DNA of 32,619 nucleotides from Candidatus Eiseniibacteriota bacterium (GCA_031364845.1 JANLWX010000011.1:1-32619), one strand, 5' to 3'. Positions 9,218 to 20,953 are shown, counted from the first letter of the stretch. Notes: generated from the sequence alone by a model not told the origin. Numbers and translations are program-made.

Positions 9218-9834
9218 TCGCCTCGCTGCGCGGGTTCCTGCTCGAAAACCAGGGCCAGAGCTGCGTGATCGAGGCAGGCGGTGTGGGATACCTCGTCAGC
9301 ATCTCGAGCCACACCGCGCGCGGATTGCCGGGGCGCGGCGAAGAAGTCTTCCTGCGCACTCGCCAGATCGTGCGCGAGGACGCGCTCATGCTGTTCGGGT
9401 TCGCCGACGCCGAGGAGCTGCGGCTGTTCGATCTCATGATCGCGGTGAGCGGCGTGGGTCCCAAGCTCGCGCTCGCGGTGTTGTCGGGACTCAAGGCCGC
9501 GGTGCTCGCGCGCGCGATCCGCGAGGAGCAGATCGGCGTGCTGGTCGCGATCCCGGGCATCGGGCGCAAGACGGCCGAGCGGCTCGTCATCGAACTGCGC
9601 GATAAGGTCGAAGTCTCAGGGGCTCCGCTGCCGGCGACCGATTCGGCGCCGGGCGCGCTGCCGCGTTCGGAGCGATTCGACGACGCGGTCGCGGCACTCA
9701 TTCGACTCGGGTACACTGCTGCTCAGGCTCAGGAAGTCGTACGCAGTGTCGGCGCGGGCACCGAGGATCTGTCGCTCGAAGCGCTGGTCCGTCGCGCGCT
9801 CGCCCGGCTCACCAAGCCGGTCGCCGCCCGCTGA
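9214..9834 (+). CDS. ruvA: Holliday junction branch migration protein RuvA
   Basis: GTG start at 9214 overlapping the ruvC stop (GTGA); MIASLRG, GGVGY, VSGVGPKLAL, IPGIGRKTAERL. Confidence 0.96.
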   Translation: MIASLRGFLLENQGQSCVIEAGGVGYLVSISSHTARGLPGRGEEVFLRTRQIVREDALMLFGFADAEELRLFDLMIAVSGVGPKLALAVLSGLKAAVLARAIREEQIGVLVAIPGIGRKTAERLVIELRDKVEVSGAPLPATDSAPGALPRSERFDDAVAALIRLGYTAAQAQEVVRSVGAGTEDLSLEALVRRALARLTKPVAAR

Positions 9835-9901
9835 ACGCGGGCCGCTCCGCTCCCGTACTTCGGCCTTCGTGTAGCCGACCGACACCTCGCGAGGAGATGC
9901 C

Positions 9902-10999
9902 ATGACGCAGCCGTCCGCCGCGAAGCCGCGGAAATCGCCCGCCGCGCATCCTGCCCGGCTCGCCGATCCCGCGCCGTTCGCCGATGATCTCAAGGAAGAG
10001 CCGCGGCTGCGGCCCACCGCGCTCGACGACTTCGTCGGACAGCCGGCCGTGCGCGAGCAGTTGCGGATCTACCTCGAGGCGGCCAAGCGACGCGGCGAAG
10101 CGCTCGATCACGTGCTGTTCCACGGTCCGCCCGGACTCGGCAAGACCACGCTCGCGGCGATCCTGGCCGAGGAACTCGGCGTCGAGATCACGCACACGTC
10201 GGGCCCGGTGATCGAACGGCCCGGCGATCTCGCGGGGCTGCTCACCAACCTCGGACCCCGTGGGATTCTGTTCGTGGATGAGATCCACCGCCTGAGCCCG
10301 GTGGTCGAAGAGTATCTGTATCCGGCGCTCGAAGATTTCATGCTCGACATCCTGCTCGACAAGGGCCCGAATGCGCGCTCGCTCAAGATCAATCTCGAGC
10401 GCTTCACGCTGGTCGGAGCCACGACGCGGTCGGGCCTGCTGTCCTCGCCGCTGCGAGCCCGCTTCGGCGTGACGCTGCGGCTCGACTACTACGGCGCGGA
10501 CGATCTCGCGTTCATCGTCAATCGCTCGGCCGGTATCCTCGGCGTGCACATCGACGCCGATGCCGCGCTCGAGATCGCGCGCCGCTCGCGCGGCACTCCG
10601 CGCGTGGCGAACCGCCTGCTGCGCCGTGTGCGCGATTTCGCGCTGATCAAGGCGGACGGCGCTGTGTCGCTGCCGGTCACGCGCGAGGCGCTGCGCCTGA
10701 TGGAAGTCGATGAGCGCGGGCTCGACGAGATGGACCGGCGCCTGCTCGATGCGCTGATCACCAAGTACCAGGGCGGACCGGTCGGACTCAGCACGCTCGC
10801 GGTCGTGGTGGGCGAGGAGCCGGGCACGCTCGAAGACGTCTACGAGCCGTACCTCGTTCAGGAAGGCTTCATCAAACGCACGCCACGCGGTCGCGAAGCA
10901 GCAGCGCTCGCCTACACGCATCTCGGCTACGAGATCCCGGCCGCGTTGCGCGCGGGCGAGCCGTCGCGCGTGCGCGAGCCAGAACAGCCGCGGTTCTGA
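9902..10999 (+). CDS. ruvB: Holliday junction helicase RuvB
   Basis: [57 protein letters not shown]. Confidence 0.98.
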   Translation: MTQPSAAKPRKSPAAHPARLADPAPFADDLKEEPRLRPTALDDFVGQPAVREQLRIYLEAAKRRGEALDHVLFHGPPGLGKTTLAAILAEELGVEITHTSGPVIERPGDLAGLLTNLGPRGILFVDEIHRLSPVVEEYLYPALEDFMLDILLDKGPNARSLKINLERFTLVGATTRSGLLSSPLRARFGVTLRLDYYGADDLAFIVNRSAGILGVHIDADAALEIARRSRGTPRVANRLLRRVRDFALIKADGAVSLPVTREALRLMEVDERGLDEMDRRLLDALITKYQGGPVGLSTLAVVVGEEPGTLEDVYEPYLVQEGFIKRTPRGREAAALAYTHLGYEIPAALRAGEPSRVREPEQPRF

Positions 11000-11031
11000 T
11001 CGCGCCCGCGATCGCGAGATCTCCCGCCATC

Positions 11032-12057
11032 ATGCGCCTCGAAGACCTCGACTACGTGCTGCCCGAAGAGTTGATCGCGCAGACGCCCTCCGAGCGCCGC
11101 GAAAGCTCGCGGCTGCTGGTCTCTGCGCGCGATGGCGCGCGGACCGACGCGCACTTCGAAGACCTCGGCGCATTCCTCGAATCCGGCGACACGCTGGTCG
11201 TGAACGAAACCCGCGTGCGGCCCGCGCGGATCGACGTGCGCCGCCCGACCGGAGGCCGTGTCGAGCTGTTGCTGGTGCGTCCCGAAGCGGACGGCAGCTG
11301 GCGCGCGCTCTCGCGGCCGGCCAAACGCGCGGGAATCGGTACGCGCCTCGAAACTCCGGACGGATCGCTCACGCTCGAAGTCACAGGCGTTGGCGACGAC
11401 GGCGAACGCGTGGTGCGTGTGCTCGCGGGTGATCTGCTCGCGACGCTCGATCGCCTCGGAGCGATTCCGCTGCCGCCCTACATTCATCGCGCACCTGATG
11501 CCGCGGACCGTGAGCGCTATCAAACCGTGTTTGCGCGTCTCGACGGTGCGGTCGCGGCCCCGACCGCGGGACTGCACTTCTCACGCGAACTGCTGGCGTC
11601 GCTCGCCGCGCGCGGTATCGCGACCGTGCCCGTCTTGCTCCACGTCGGTCCTGGCACGTTTCGGCCGGTCACCGCGGACGATCCACGCGAGCATCGCATG
11701 GATCCGGAGTGGTACGAGGTGTCGCCGGCCGCCGCCGAAGCACTGCGGGCGACGCGTGCGCGCGGGCGTCGCATCGTCGCCGTCGGCACCACGGTGGTGC
11801 GGGCGCTCGAATCCGCGTGCGATGCGCTCGGCGGTGAGATCGGCGCGGCGTCGGGATGGACGCGCAAGTTCATCGTGCCGCCCTATACGTTTCAAGCGGT
11901 CGACGCGCTGATCACGAACTTCCATCTGCCGCGCACGACGCTGCTGTTGCTAGTCGCCGCGTTCGCCGGAGAAGACCGCATGCGCGCGGCGTACGCGCAT
12001 GCGGTCGCGGAGCGGTACCGATTCTATTCGTACGGAGACGCGATGCTCGTGCTGTGA
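11032..12057 (+). CDS. queA: S-adenosylmethionine:tRNA ribosyltransferase-isomerase
   Basis: LPEELIAQ, PLPPYI, YQTVFA, AAPTAGLHF, HVGPGTF, TNFHLP, YRFYSYGDAML. Confidence 0.98.
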   Translation: MRLEDLDYVLPEELIAQTPSERRESSRLLVSARDGARTDAHFEDLGAFLESGDTLVVNETRVRPARIDVRRPTGGRVELLLVRPEADGSWRALSRPAKRAGIGTRLETPDGSLTLEVTGVGDDGERVVRVLAGDLLATLDRLGAIPLPPYIHRAPDAADRERYQTVFARLDGAVAAPTAGLHFSRELLASLAARGIATVPVLLHVGPGTFRPVTADDPREHRMDPEWYEVSPAAAEALRATRARGRRIVAVGTTVVRALESACDALGGEIGAASGWTRKFIVPPYTFQAVDALITNFHLPRTTLLLLVAAFAGEDRMRAAYAHAVAERYRFYSYGDAMLVL

Positions 12058-12128
12058 ACGGGCCGCGGGCATCCTCGGCCCGCGGCAACGCACGAATGGC
12101 CACGCGGCGAACTCCGATCGCGGCGCTA

Positions 12129-12743
12129 TTAGCGCTTCGACAGCGCCTGCGCCGATTCCGGCAGCGCGCGGCCCAGACTTCTCGCGCTGATCGCCACCAG
12201 CTTGCGCGCGCTCGGCAGTGCGCCGCGAGCCGCACCCCGCACCTTGCCGTTTTCGTCCAGCACGAAGTAGGACGCCCCGTGGCGCTGCGTCTCCGGATTG
12301 AGGCTGCCGTAGAGGCCGCCGATCACGCAGCGCGCATCGGCGATCACGTCGCACTTGAGTTCCAGCCGTCGCGCCAGCCGCGATGCGGAACCCGAGCCCA
12401 TGTCGAGCACCGCGACCGGATGAACGCCGAGATCCTCGAGCACCGGCCGTATCCGGTCGAGTGCCTTGAGATCCTCGTCGCGCGCACCGAACACCAGCAA
12501 CACCGGTCCGCGGGCGAACAACTGCCGAAAGCCGTGCCACTGGCCGTCGATACCGATGTAGGAGAAGCCCGGGGCGGAGTCGCCGATCTGAATCTGCTGG
12601 GGCGAGCTGTCGCCTCCGAGCCATCCACGATCAGACCCACTGCGGGATTCGGCGGGCGACGACGGAGCCGCGGCACGTTCTGCCGCATGAGCGCCGGTTG
12701 CGGCGAACACGACGAGTCCCGTGAAGAGAAGCCTGCCCCACAT
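12129..12743 (-). CDS. Exported AhpC/TSA (redoxin) fold protein lacking the canonical active-site cysteines
   Basis: Start re-called at ATG 12743 (SD AAAGGAG); signal peptide AHA|A; IGDSAPGF...GPVLLVF...YFVLDENGKV thioredoxin-fold pattern. Confidence 0.75.
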   Translation of the reverse strand: MWGRLLFTGLVVFAATGAHAAERAAAPSSPAESRSGSDRGWLGGDSSPQQIQIGDSAPGFSYIGIDGQWHGFRQLFARGPVLLVFGARDEDLKALDRIRPVLEDLGVHPVAVLDMGSGSASRLARRLELKCDVIADARCVIGGLYGSLNPETQRHGASYFVLDENGKVRGAARGALPSARKLVAISARSLGRALPESAQALSKR

Positions 12744-13035
12744 GATGTGACACTCCTTTGCGCACACGAACGAATACCGCCTGGTCCATCCCCGTGACGG
12801 ATCAGTGCAAGCTGAGGACCAGTCGCAATTGGCGGAGAATTCGTGAGGCCGCTCGCACGTGGAGGGCAGAATCCGGTGCGGGAGGGTGCGGATTGCGAAC
12901 GTGGGCGGAATCACCCGGGGGCATGCTGGCCACTCGTGTGCGGGAGGACGCATCACCCGTGCAGGTGCTCGAGATGCCGTTGTCGACTCCCGGAGAGAGC
13001 GTGTACGCTTTCGACGCCGCATGGGGAGGCCAAGA

Positions 13036-15531
13036 GTGAATTCTCGCTGCGTTCAACTGCTCCTGACTGCGTTCGTCGCAGGCACATTCCTTCTCCCGTG
13101 CGACCCGGCCGCCGGTGCTCCGCTCTTCCAGGCGGGCTACTACTCCCGATCCATTCCGGCCGATCCGGCGCCATTGATGAGCACCATGACGCTCGCGGAC
13201 GTGGATGCGGATGGCCACGTCGATGCTTTGTTCGACTACGGAAACCAGATCTTCAAGATGTCCGGCAATGGAGATGGCACTCTGCGCCCACTCCAGATGT
13301 GCGCTTCGGCCGGTCGCGAGACGAAGTCCATCCTGGTCACGGATCTCAACAGCGATGGCCGTCTGGACCTAGTGTTGAGTTCGCGGATCGACTCCGTGGT
13401 GTCGGTTTGCCTTGGACTGGGCGCCGGCGCCTATGGGGCGCCCTCCATCGTTACCACGCACGGAGCATGTCCGAGCGTGGGCGACCTGAATGGTGATGGC
13501 GTTCCTGACCTGGTGGTCGCACGTGATCAAGCGGCCGCAGCCGATTGGGTGGAGATCTGGCGCGGTATCGGAAACGGAACGTTCGCGTACCTCGGAGCGG
13601 CGCGCGTTCGGGTCAGCCCCTCCGTGACGCTCGTCCGCGATCTCAACGGCGACGGCAAGCGCGATCTCCTCGTGGGGCACGTCGGTACTCCGGAGTCGGG
13701 CGGCATCCTGTCCGTGCTGCTCGGCAACGGTGACGGGACGGTCGCACCGCGCACCGACTATTCAATCGCCGGCGAATTGCGTGCGATCGAAACGGCCGAC
13801 ATGAACTCCGACGGAAAGCTCGACATCGTGGGGGGAACCTCCAGCAAGCTGGCCGTCCTGCTCAATCAGGGGGTGGGCGGATTCAGCATCTATCAGGTGG
13901 CGCCCCTGAGCGTGCGGTCGATGGCGATCGGCAAAGTGAATTCCGACTCGCATCCCGACGTCGTCCTGGGTGGCGGCGCAGTTCGGTTCCTGCCCGGCAC
14001 GGCGTCCGGTTGGCTCCTTGACGCCGGAACCGTGCCCGCCGGGGAAGCCACGATCCTGATCGGGCTCGCCGACTTGGATGAGGATGGAATGCTCGAGGCC
14101 GTTGCATTCAACAGCGGGAGCCGATCCGTGACGGTCCATCCGGGCACGCCTGGGGGTCCTTATGGGTCCATGCTGTACTCGCCCGTGGCCTCGAGCATCG
14201 ATCCGCGGCTTATGGCTTCAGCGGACTTCGACCGAAATCGCGTGCCCGACTTGCTCGCGGTGATGTGGAACTACTCGAGCGATTCGGTCCTCTGTTACCT
14301 GGCCACGGGTGTGGGTTCGTACCGCACGGCGGGTGCGGTGTATCTCATGAACAAACGAGTCGTCACCGCCAGCCTGACGGACTACAACCAGGACGGAACG
14401 CCCGACGCTTATCTCGTCACCCGGCCCAATTGCAACCAGCCATACTGCGCGCCGATGCGTGGGCATCTGGTGACACTGCGCGGTGACCTGGACGGCACGC
14501 TGGTGCCGATCTCCATGATTGAACTCGGATATAACTCAACGGGGATCGCCGTGGGGGACTTCAATGAAGACGGGTTTCCCGACGCCGCCGTATCCAACAA
14601 CCATGACTTCGAAGGAGTGGGCATTCTCTCCGTACTGCGGGGAGGCCCTTCAGGTCCGAGCCCGCCTACCGATTACGACGTATTGCCAAACCCCGAATTC
14701 ATCGCGACGTCGGACCTGACTCACGATGGCCACCTGGACCTGATCGCGATCATGGGATCGAACTCAGCCCTGTTGCAGGGTCGCGGCGACGGGACATTCC
14801 TCCCCGCCTCATATCACGCTCTGCCTCCGAACCTGGGAAGTCCCTTCGCATATTCGGATGTCACCGGCGACGGAGTGCCCGACCTCGTGTCGAAACGCAG
14901 TAGCGACAGAATGCTGTTCGTCATTCCGGGCAGCAGCTCGGGGTTCGGTACTCCGATCGACTCGGTCGCGGTCGGCGAACATTTTTCGGATGGTAAAGTT
15001 GCCGACGTCAACAACGACGGCAAGCTCGATGTCGTCATCAAGAGCTACTTCGTGGTCAAGGTCTACCTGGGAACCGGAGATGGCCACCTCGTTCCCGAGA
15101 ATGAATATGGACCCCAACCCAGTTCATTCGGGATCGTCGATGTCGACGGTGATGGCCGCTCCGATATCGTGACCACGAACCAGATCAACCTCCCGTACCG
15201 CTTCGGGACCTTCATGAATGTCGGCAACATGCCGCTGCACGTCCCAGACGAGAAGGACCCTGTATCAGGCAGTATCGCCCTGTATCCGCCAAAGCCCCAT
15301 CCCGTGGTGGGCGCGCTTCGAATTTCCCTTGCCTTGGCCCGCGGAGACGACATCGATCTCGGTCTCTTCGATGTCGGCGGCAGGAGGGTCATGAGCAAGC
15401 GATTGTCCCTGCCTGCGGGATCGCATTCGATCGAATTGGCTGACCGGGCATCGTTGCCGTCCGGTGTCTATTTCGTGCGCGCGGAGGCGGGCGGGCGAAC
15501 CAGCACTTTGAGGGTGTGCGTCATCCGTTAG
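13036..15531 (+). CDS. Secreted FG-GAP/VCBS repeat protein with a T9SS-type C-terminal sorting-like domain
   Basis: Start re-called at GTG 13036 (SD GGGAGG); signal peptide; 14 DxDxDGxxD-type repeats; C-terminus PHP...LFDVGGRRV...LPSGVYFVRAEAGGRTSTLRVCVIR. Confidence 0.9.
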   Translation: MNSRCVQLLLTAFVAGTFLLPCDPAAGAPLFQAGYYSRSIPADPAPLMSTMTLADVDADGHVDALFDYGNQIFKMSGNGDGTLRPLQMCASAGRETKSILVTDLNSDGRLDLVLSSRIDSVVSVCLGLGAGAYGAPSIVTTHGACPSVGDLNGDGVPDLVVARDQAAAADWVEIWRGIGNGTFAYLGAARVRVSPSVTLVRDLNGDGKRDLLVGHVGTPESGGILSVLLGNGDGTVAPRTDYSIAGELRAIETADMNSDGKLDIVGGTSSKLAVLLNQGVGGFSIYQVAPLSVRSMAIGKVNSDSHPDVVLGGGAVRFLPGTASGWLLDAGTVPAGEATILIGLADLDEDGMLEAVAFNSGSRSVTVHPGTPGGPYGSMLYSPVASSIDPRLMASADFDRNRVPDLLAVMWNYSSDSVLCYLATGVGSYRTAGAVYLMNKRVVTASLTDYNQDGTPDAYLVTRPNCNQPYCAPMRGHLVTLRGDLDGTLVPISMIELGYNSTGIAVGDFNEDGFPDAAVSNNHDFEGVGILSVLRGGPSGPSPPTDYDVLPNPEFIATSDLTHDGHLDLIAIMGSNSALLQGRGDGTFLPASYHALPPNLGSPFAYSDVTGDGVPDLVSKRSSDRMLFVIPGSSSGFGTPIDSVAVGEHFSDGKVADVNNDGKLDVVIKSYFVVKVYLGTGDGHLVPENEYGPQPSSFGIVDVDGDGRSDIVTTNQINLPYRFGTFMNVGNMPLHVPDEKDPVSGSIALYPPKPHPVVGALRISLALARGDDIDLGLFDVGGRRVMSKRLSLPAGSHSIELADRASLPSGVYFVRAEAGGRTSTLRVCVIR

Positions 15532-15569
15532 AGAGACTGCGTGCCGCTGGGCGGCACGCAGTCGCGGTC

Positions 15570-17120
15570 TCACAGCGGCGGGTTGCCGTGCTTCTTGAAG
15601 GGCAGCGTCTGGCGCTTGTTCCGCAGCATCTCGAGTGCGGCGATCAGCTTCGGTCGCGTGTCGGCGGGCTCGATCACGTCGTCGAGATACCCGAGCTCGG
15701 CGGCCACCCACGGGCTCGCGAACTTGTCGTTGTACTCGGCGATCAGGCGCTTGCGCTCCGCCACCGGGTCCTTCGCCTTCGCCAGCTCCTCGCGGTAGAG
15801 GATGTTCACCGCGCCGTCGGCGCCCATCACGGCCATCTCGGCGCTCGGCCATGCGACGTTGTAGTCGCCGCGGATGTGCTTGCTCGACATGACGTCGTAC
15901 GCGCCGCCGTACGCCTTGCGCACGACGACCGTGAGCTTCGGAACCGTCGCTTCGCAGTAGGCATACAGCAGCTTCGCGCCGTGACGGATGATGCCGCCCC
16001 ACTCCTGGCGCGTGCCGGGCAGGAAGCCGGGCACGTCCTCGAACGTGATGAGGGGAACGTTGAAGGCGTCGCAGAACCGGACGAATCGCGCGGCCTTCAC
16101 CGATGAGTCGATGTCGAGCACGCCGGCGAGCACCTTGGGCTGATTGCCGACGATGCCGACCGGACGGCCGTTCATGCGCGCGAAACCGACGATGATGTTG
16201 CCCGCGAAGTGCTCGTGGACTTCGAAGAAGTCGCCGTCGTCGACAACGCGGCGCACGAGGTCCTTCATGTCGTACGAGCGGTCGGACGACTCGGGCACGA
16301 TCGTGGCGAGTTCCGCATCGCGCCGCTCGGGGGGATCGGTGCACGCGCGCCGCGGCGGCTCTTCCATGCAATTCTGCGGCATGAACGACAGCAGGCGTCG
16401 CACAGTGCGGATTGCGTCGGCGTCGTCGCGCGCGGCGAAATGGGCGACGCCGCTCTTCGAGTTGTGCGTCATCGCACCGCCGAGTTCCTCCATCGAAACG
16501 TCCTCGGCCGTCACCGCCTTGATCACCTCGGGTCCGGTCACGAACATGTGGCTCGTGCCTTCGACCATGATCGTGAAGTCGGTGATCGCGGGCGAGTAGA
16601 CGGCACCTCCCGCGCACGGGCCCATGATCGCCGAGATCTGCGGCACGACGCCGGAAGACAGCGTGTTGCGCAGGAAGATGTCGGCGTAGGCGCCGAGTGA
16701 GACGACGCCTTCCTGGATGCGTGCGCCGCCCGAGTCGTTGAGGCCGATGACCGGCGCACCGTTGTCCATCGCGAGGTCCATGATCGTGCAGATCTTCTTC
16801 GCGTTCGCCTCGCTCATGGTGCCGCCGAACACGGTGAAATCCTGAGCGAAGCAGTAGATCACGCGTCCGTCGACGGTGCCCCAGCCGGCGACCACGCCAT
16901 CGCCGGTGATGCGCTTCTTCTCCATGCCGAAATCAACCGAGCGATGGGTGACGAACGCGCCGACCTCGGAGAACGAGCCCGGATCGAGCAACAGATCGAG
17001 GCGTTCGCGCGCGGTGAGGCAGCCTTTCGCGTGAAGCTTGGCGGTGCGTTCCGGTCCGCCGCCGGCCAGCGACTCTTCACGGCGGCGGGCGAGCTCTGAG
17101 AGACGCTGCTCACGGTTCAC
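15570..17120 (-). CDS. pccB: Acyl-CoA (propionyl/methylmalonyl-CoA) carboxylase carboxyltransferase subunit
   Basis: Start re-called at GTG 17120 (SD GGAGG); [51 protein letters not shown]. Confidence 0.93.
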   Translation of the reverse strand: MNREQRLSELARRREESLAGGGPERTAKLHAKGCLTARERLDLLLDPGSFSEVGAFVTHRSVDFGMEKKRITGDGVVAGWGTVDGRVIYCFAQDFTVFGGTMSEANAKKICTIMDLAMDNGAPVIGLNDSGGARIQEGVVSLGAYADIFLRNTLSSGVVPQISAIMGPCAGGAVYSPAITDFTIMVEGTSHMFVTGPEVIKAVTAEDVSMEELGGAMTHNSKSGVAHFAARDDADAIRTVRRLLSFMPQNCMEEPPRRACTDPPERRDAELATIVPESSDRSYDMKDLVRRVVDDGDFFEVHEHFAGNIIVGFARMNGRPVGIVGNQPKVLAGVLDIDSSVKAARFVRFCDAFNVPLITFEDVPGFLPGTRQEWGGIIRHGAKLLYAYCEATVPKLTVVVRKAYGGAYDVMSSKHIRGDYNVAWPSAEMAVMGADGAVNILYREELAKAKDPVAERKRLIAEYNDKFASPWVAAELGYLDDVIEPADTRPKLIAALEMLRNKRQTLPFKKHGNPPL

Positions 17121-17372
17121 GGGGCGAGGCCTCCACGGGGCGAAGCGGATGATGCGGACCGCCGCATGGAACCGGATTCGCCGCCAAGGGTCAAGAACGC
17201 AGCCCCGCGCCCGCGGGCATCGTCCACGGCGCGTTGGGGCGCATTTCCTCCGCTCCCGATCGAAACCACGGCGATGGGTGAGCAGCGTTGCCGGGCTTCC
17301 GCTATTCTTCCCGCGCCGCCCAGGGTCCGGGAGACGCTCCCGATGCCGGAGCCCGCCATTACCGGAGGAAAC

Positions 17373-18776
17373 ATGGAAGCACATCGCACACAGACACTCC
17401 GTCACGTTGCGGCGTGGGGGACGGGGCTCGCGGCGTTGCTCGCGTTCGGACCCCACGGCGCGGAGGCCGAAGCCTTGAAGGTTCCCTACCAGACGTTCAC
17501 GCTCGACAACGGACTCAAGGTGATCCTCCATGAAGACCACTCGGTTCCGGTCGTCACGGTCAACACCTGGTACCACGTCGGCTCGGGTGACGAGAAGCCG
17601 GGCCGCACCGGGTTCGCGCATCTGTTCGAGCACATCATGTTCATGGGTTCGCAGCACGTGCCGACCGGTGACTTCGACCGGCTGCTCGAAGCGGCGGGCG
17701 CCACCAACAACGGATCGACCACCGAAGACCGCACAAACTACTACGAAGACGGTCCCGCCAACGCGCTGCCGCTCATGCTGTGGCTGGATTCTGACCGCAT
17801 GGGCTATCTGCTTCCCGAGATCACGCCGGACAAGGTCGATCTCCAGCGCGGTGTCGTCCAGAACGAGCGCCGCCAGTCGTACGAGAACCAGCCGTACGGT
17901 CTTGCGGAGGAGAACATCCTGAGCCGGCTCTATCCGGCCGAGCATCCGTATCACTGGCCGGTGATCGGATCGATGAACGATCTGTCGGCGGCGACGATCG
18001 ACGACGTGAAGGAGTTCTTCAAGAAGTACTACGCGCCGAACAACGCCACCATGTGCATCGCGGGCGACATCAAGCCGGCCGAGATCCGCAAAGCGGTCGA
18101 GCAGTACTTCGCCGATGTTCCGCGCGGCCAGGACATCGCGCGTCCGACCGCACCGGCATTCACGCTGCCGGCCGACATCTTCCACACGCTCGAGGATCGT
18201 GTGCAGGTTCCGCGCGTCTACAACGCGTGGCATTCGCAGAAGTCGTGGGGCACCGATGACGCGGCTCTTCAGGTGATGGCAGACGTGCTCGCGGGCGGCA
18301 AGTCGTCGCGTCTCTACAAGCGGCTCGTCTACGAGATGCAGATCGCAAACCAGGTCGCGGCCTATCAGGACGCCGGACGGCTCGACGGCAAGTTCGTGAT
18401 CTTCTCGACCGCGCGTCCGGGCCATACGCTCGACGAAGTGCAGCGCGTGATCGACGAGGAAGTGAAGAAGCTCGCCGAATCCGGCCCGACCGCCCGCGAG
18501 TTGGACCGCGTGCGGAATTCCACCGAGGCCCAGTTCATCGGCGCGATGGAGCAGGTCGGCGGATTCTCGGGCAAAGGCAATCAGTTGAACTACTACAATT
18601 ACTTTGCTGGCGAGCCGGATTCGTTCGAGGCGGATCTCAACCGTTATCGCAACGTGACCGCCGCCGACGTTCAGCGCGTGACGCAGAAATATCTCGCCCA
18701 GCCCAAGCGCATCGTGCTGAGCGTCGTCCCGCAGGGCCAGACCAAACTCGCCGCCACGCAGGGAGTGCAGCCATGA
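17373..18776 (+). CDS. M16B family zinc peptidase, catalytic subunit (exported)
   Basis: Start at ATG 17373 (SD GGAGG); signal peptide; [11 protein letters not shown] inverted zincin motif; VQNERRQ. Confidence 0.93.
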   Translation: MEAHRTQTLRHVAAWGTGLAALLAFGPHGAEAEALKVPYQTFTLDNGLKVILHEDHSVPVVTVNTWYHVGSGDEKPGRTGFAHLFEHIMFMGSQHVPTGDFDRLLEAAGATNNGSTTEDRTNYYEDGPANALPLMLWLDSDRMGYLLPEITPDKVDLQRGVVQNERRQSYENQPYGLAEENILSRLYPAEHPYHWPVIGSMNDLSAATIDDVKEFFKKYYAPNNATMCIAGDIKPAEIRKAVEQYFADVPRGQDIARPTAPAFTLPADIFHTLEDRVQVPRVYNAWHSQKSWGTDDAALQVMADVLAGGKSSRLYKRLVYEMQIANQVAAYQDAGRLDGKFVIFSTARPGHTLDEVQRVIDEEVKKLAESGPTARELDRVRNSTEAQFIGAMEQVGGFSGKGNQLNYYNYFAGEPDSFEADLNRYRNVTAADVQRVTQKYLAQPKRIVLSVVPQGQTKLAATQGVQP

Positions 18777-20281
18777 GCCCGCGACTCGCGTTCGGAAAGA
18801 CGATGCCGGCGCTGTTCGCGCTCACGGCGTGCGCGCTGCTCGCATGGCCGGCGGGCGTGCTCGCGGCGGGAAAGGACTCCATGAAGAAGACCGCCACCAA
18901 GACCGCAGCGTTCGATCGCACCAAGCCTCCGGCGCTCGGAGCCACGCCCGCGCTCAAGCTGCCGAAGATCCAGACCGTGAAGCTCGCGAACGGACTCGAG
19001 GTCGCGGTCGTCGAGATGCACGAAGTTCCGGTCGTCGACGTGACGCTGCTGCTGCGCGCGGGGGCGGTGCGCGATCCGGCCGACCTGCCGGGACTCGCCA
19101 CGTTCGTCGCGAACATGCTCGATGAGGGCGCGGGCTCGCGCGACGCGCTCGCGATCGCCGAGGAGACCGCGTTCCTGGGCGCCACGCTCGGTGCCGGTGC
19201 CGGCTCCGAGAACACGACCGTGAACCTGCACTGCATCAAGCCGCGCCTCGGTCCCGCCCTCGATCTGATGGCGGACATCGTGCTGCGCCCGGTGTTCGCG
19301 GATTCCGAAGTCGTCCGCCAGCGCGAGCTGCGGCAGAACGCGCTGCTCCAGCTGCGCGATCAGCCCACGCAGATGGCGCCGATCGCCTTCAACGCGATCG
19401 TCTACGGTGCCACGCATCCCTACGGTCGGCCGCTCGGCGGCAACGAGGCTTCGACGGCGAAGCTCACGCGCGATCGGGTGCTCGAGTTCTACGGCACGTA
19501 CTACCGCCCGAACAATGCCCGCATGCTGATCGTGGGCGACGTCACGCTGGCCGAGGCGAAGCAGTTCGCCGAGTCCCGCTTCGGCGCGTGGAAGTCGGGT
19601 GACATTCCGGCGCTTGCATCGCTGACCGCACCGGCCGCGGCACCGCGCACGTTCTACGTCGTCGACAAGCCCGGCGCCGCGCAGACGGTGATCCGTATCG
19701 GCCACGTGGGGATCGCGCGCTCCAATCCGGACTACATCGCGGTGCGCGTGATGAACACGATCCTCGGCGGTTCATTCACGTCGCGCCTCAACAACAATCT
19801 GCGCGAGACGCGCGGCTACACCTATGGCGCCCGCTCGCAGTTCGACATGCGCCGTGAGGCCGGTCCGTTCGTCGCGACCGCTTCGGTCGTGACCGCGAAG
19901 ACCGACAGTTCGGTCATCGAGTTCATGAAGGAACTGCGCGGCATGCGCGAGAAGGAAGTGCCGGCAGCCGAAGTCGAGAAGGCGAAGGCCTACATCGCCC
20001 TCGGTTTCCCGGGCGATTTCGAAGCGACGGCGGACGCCGCGGTCCAGTACCTGGATCTGATCGCCAACGACCTGCCGTTCGACGAGTACGCGACGTTCAT
20101 GGACCGGATTCTCAAGGTCACACCGGCCGACGTTCAGCGGGTGGCGAAGAAGTACGTCGATCCGGATCACTTCGCGATCGTCGTCGTCGGCGACCGCAAG
20201 GAGATCGAGCCGGGGCTGCGCGCGCTCAACGAGGGATCGGTGACGTTTCGCGATCTGTGGGGACAGGACGTTCAGCCGTAG
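18773..20281 (+). CDS. M16B family peptidase, non-catalytic partner subunit (exported)
   Basis: ATGA overlap with the upstream gene; no HxxEH motif; [22 protein letters not shown] motif. Confidence 0.92.
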   Translation: MSPRLAFGKTMPALFALTACALLAWPAGVLAAGKDSMKKTATKTAAFDRTKPPALGATPALKLPKIQTVKLANGLEVAVVEMHEVPVVDVTLLLRAGAVRDPADLPGLATFVANMLDEGAGSRDALAIAEETAFLGATLGAGAGSENTTVNLHCIKPRLGPALDLMADIVLRPVFADSEVVRQRELRQNALLQLRDQPTQMAPIAFNAIVYGATHPYGRPLGGNEASTAKLTRDRVLEFYGTYYRPNNARMLIVGDVTLAEAKQFAESRFGAWKSGDIPALASLTAPAAAPRTFYVVDKPGAAQTVIRIGHVGIARSNPDYIAVRVMNTILGGSFTSRLNNNLRETRGYTYGARSQFDMRREAGPFVATASVVTAKTDSSVIEFMKELRGMREKEVPAAEVEKAKAYIALGFPGDFEATADAAVQYLDLIANDLPFDEYATFMDRILKVTPADVQRVAKKYVDPDHFAIVVVGDRKEIEPGLRALNEGSVTFRDLWGQDVQP

Positions 20282-20303
20282 AGCAACATTGCCGTGAAAA
20301 TGG

Positions 20304-20338
20304 AACCGGGCGCGGTCGAAGGACCACGCCCGGTTTTT
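20304..20338 (+). terminator. Intrinsic terminator after the M16 pair
   Basis: Stem AACCGGGCGCGGTC/GACCACGCCCGGTT followed by a T tract. Confidence 0.8.
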
Positions 20339-20375
20339 CGCATCCCCCGTTTCGCTGGGCGGCGAACGTTACCGG

Positions 20376-20888
20376 CTACTTCTTCTTCGCCGCCTCGAAC
20401 GTCAGCGACGCCGAGTTGATGCAGTAGCGCATCCCGGTCGGCTGCGGGCCGTCGTCGAACAGATGACCGAGATGCCCGTCACAGCGCGCGCACTCGACTT
20501 CGGTGCGCAGCATGCCGAGTGTGCGGTCCGAGGTCTCGGTCACGTGTCCCTTGGCCGCCGGCGCCCAGAAGCTCGGCCATCCGGTGCCGGAATCGAACTT
20601 CTCATCGGAGCCGAACAACTCGAGTCCGCACGCAGCGCACTTGTAGACACCTGCGGCGTGGTTGTCCCAGTAGGCACCGGTGAACGCCGGCTCGGTTCCG
20701 TTCGCGCGAAGCACGCGATATCGCTCGGGTTCGAGCAGTGCCTTCCACTCGCTCTCGGACTTCTCGATCCTCTTCACCATGACCGTGCTCCTGCGCGCGG
20801 GCTTGCCGGCGGCAGCCGGAAGCGCCGCCGCCAGTGACAGCGTTGCGATGGTCAACAACACCGCCCATGCGATGGAATCGTGCCGCAT
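20376..20888 (-). CDS. msrB: Peptide-methionine (R)-S-oxide reductase MsrB with N-terminal signal peptide
   Basis: GTEPAF, CAAC/CARC zinc sites, [34 protein letters not shown]. Confidence 0.96.
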   Translation of the reverse strand: MRHDSIAWAVLLTIATLSLAAALPAAAGKPARRSTVMVKRIEKSESEWKALLEPERYRVLRANGTEPAFTGAYWDNHAAGVYKCAACGLELFGSDEKFDSGTGWPSFWAPAAKGHVTETSDRTLGMLRTEVECARCDGHLGHLFDDGPQPTGMRYCINSASLTFEAAKKK

Positions 20889-20953
20889 TTGAATCCTCCG
20901 TCCGGTGCATTGCTTCGCCGGTTCGATGTTCCCGTTCGGCCTCGCACCCTACA

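Noticed and set aside
12927..12943. Possible sigma54 GG-N10-GC site upstream of the FG-GAP gene
   Set aside because: Spacing fits but the match to TGGCACG/TTGC is poor, and it is expected by chance at this GC content
17121..18425. Apparent 435-aa N-terminal extension of PccB (951-aa ORF)
   Set aside because: Mostly antisense to the M16 peptidase; a GTG with SD at 17120 gives the normal 516-aa protein
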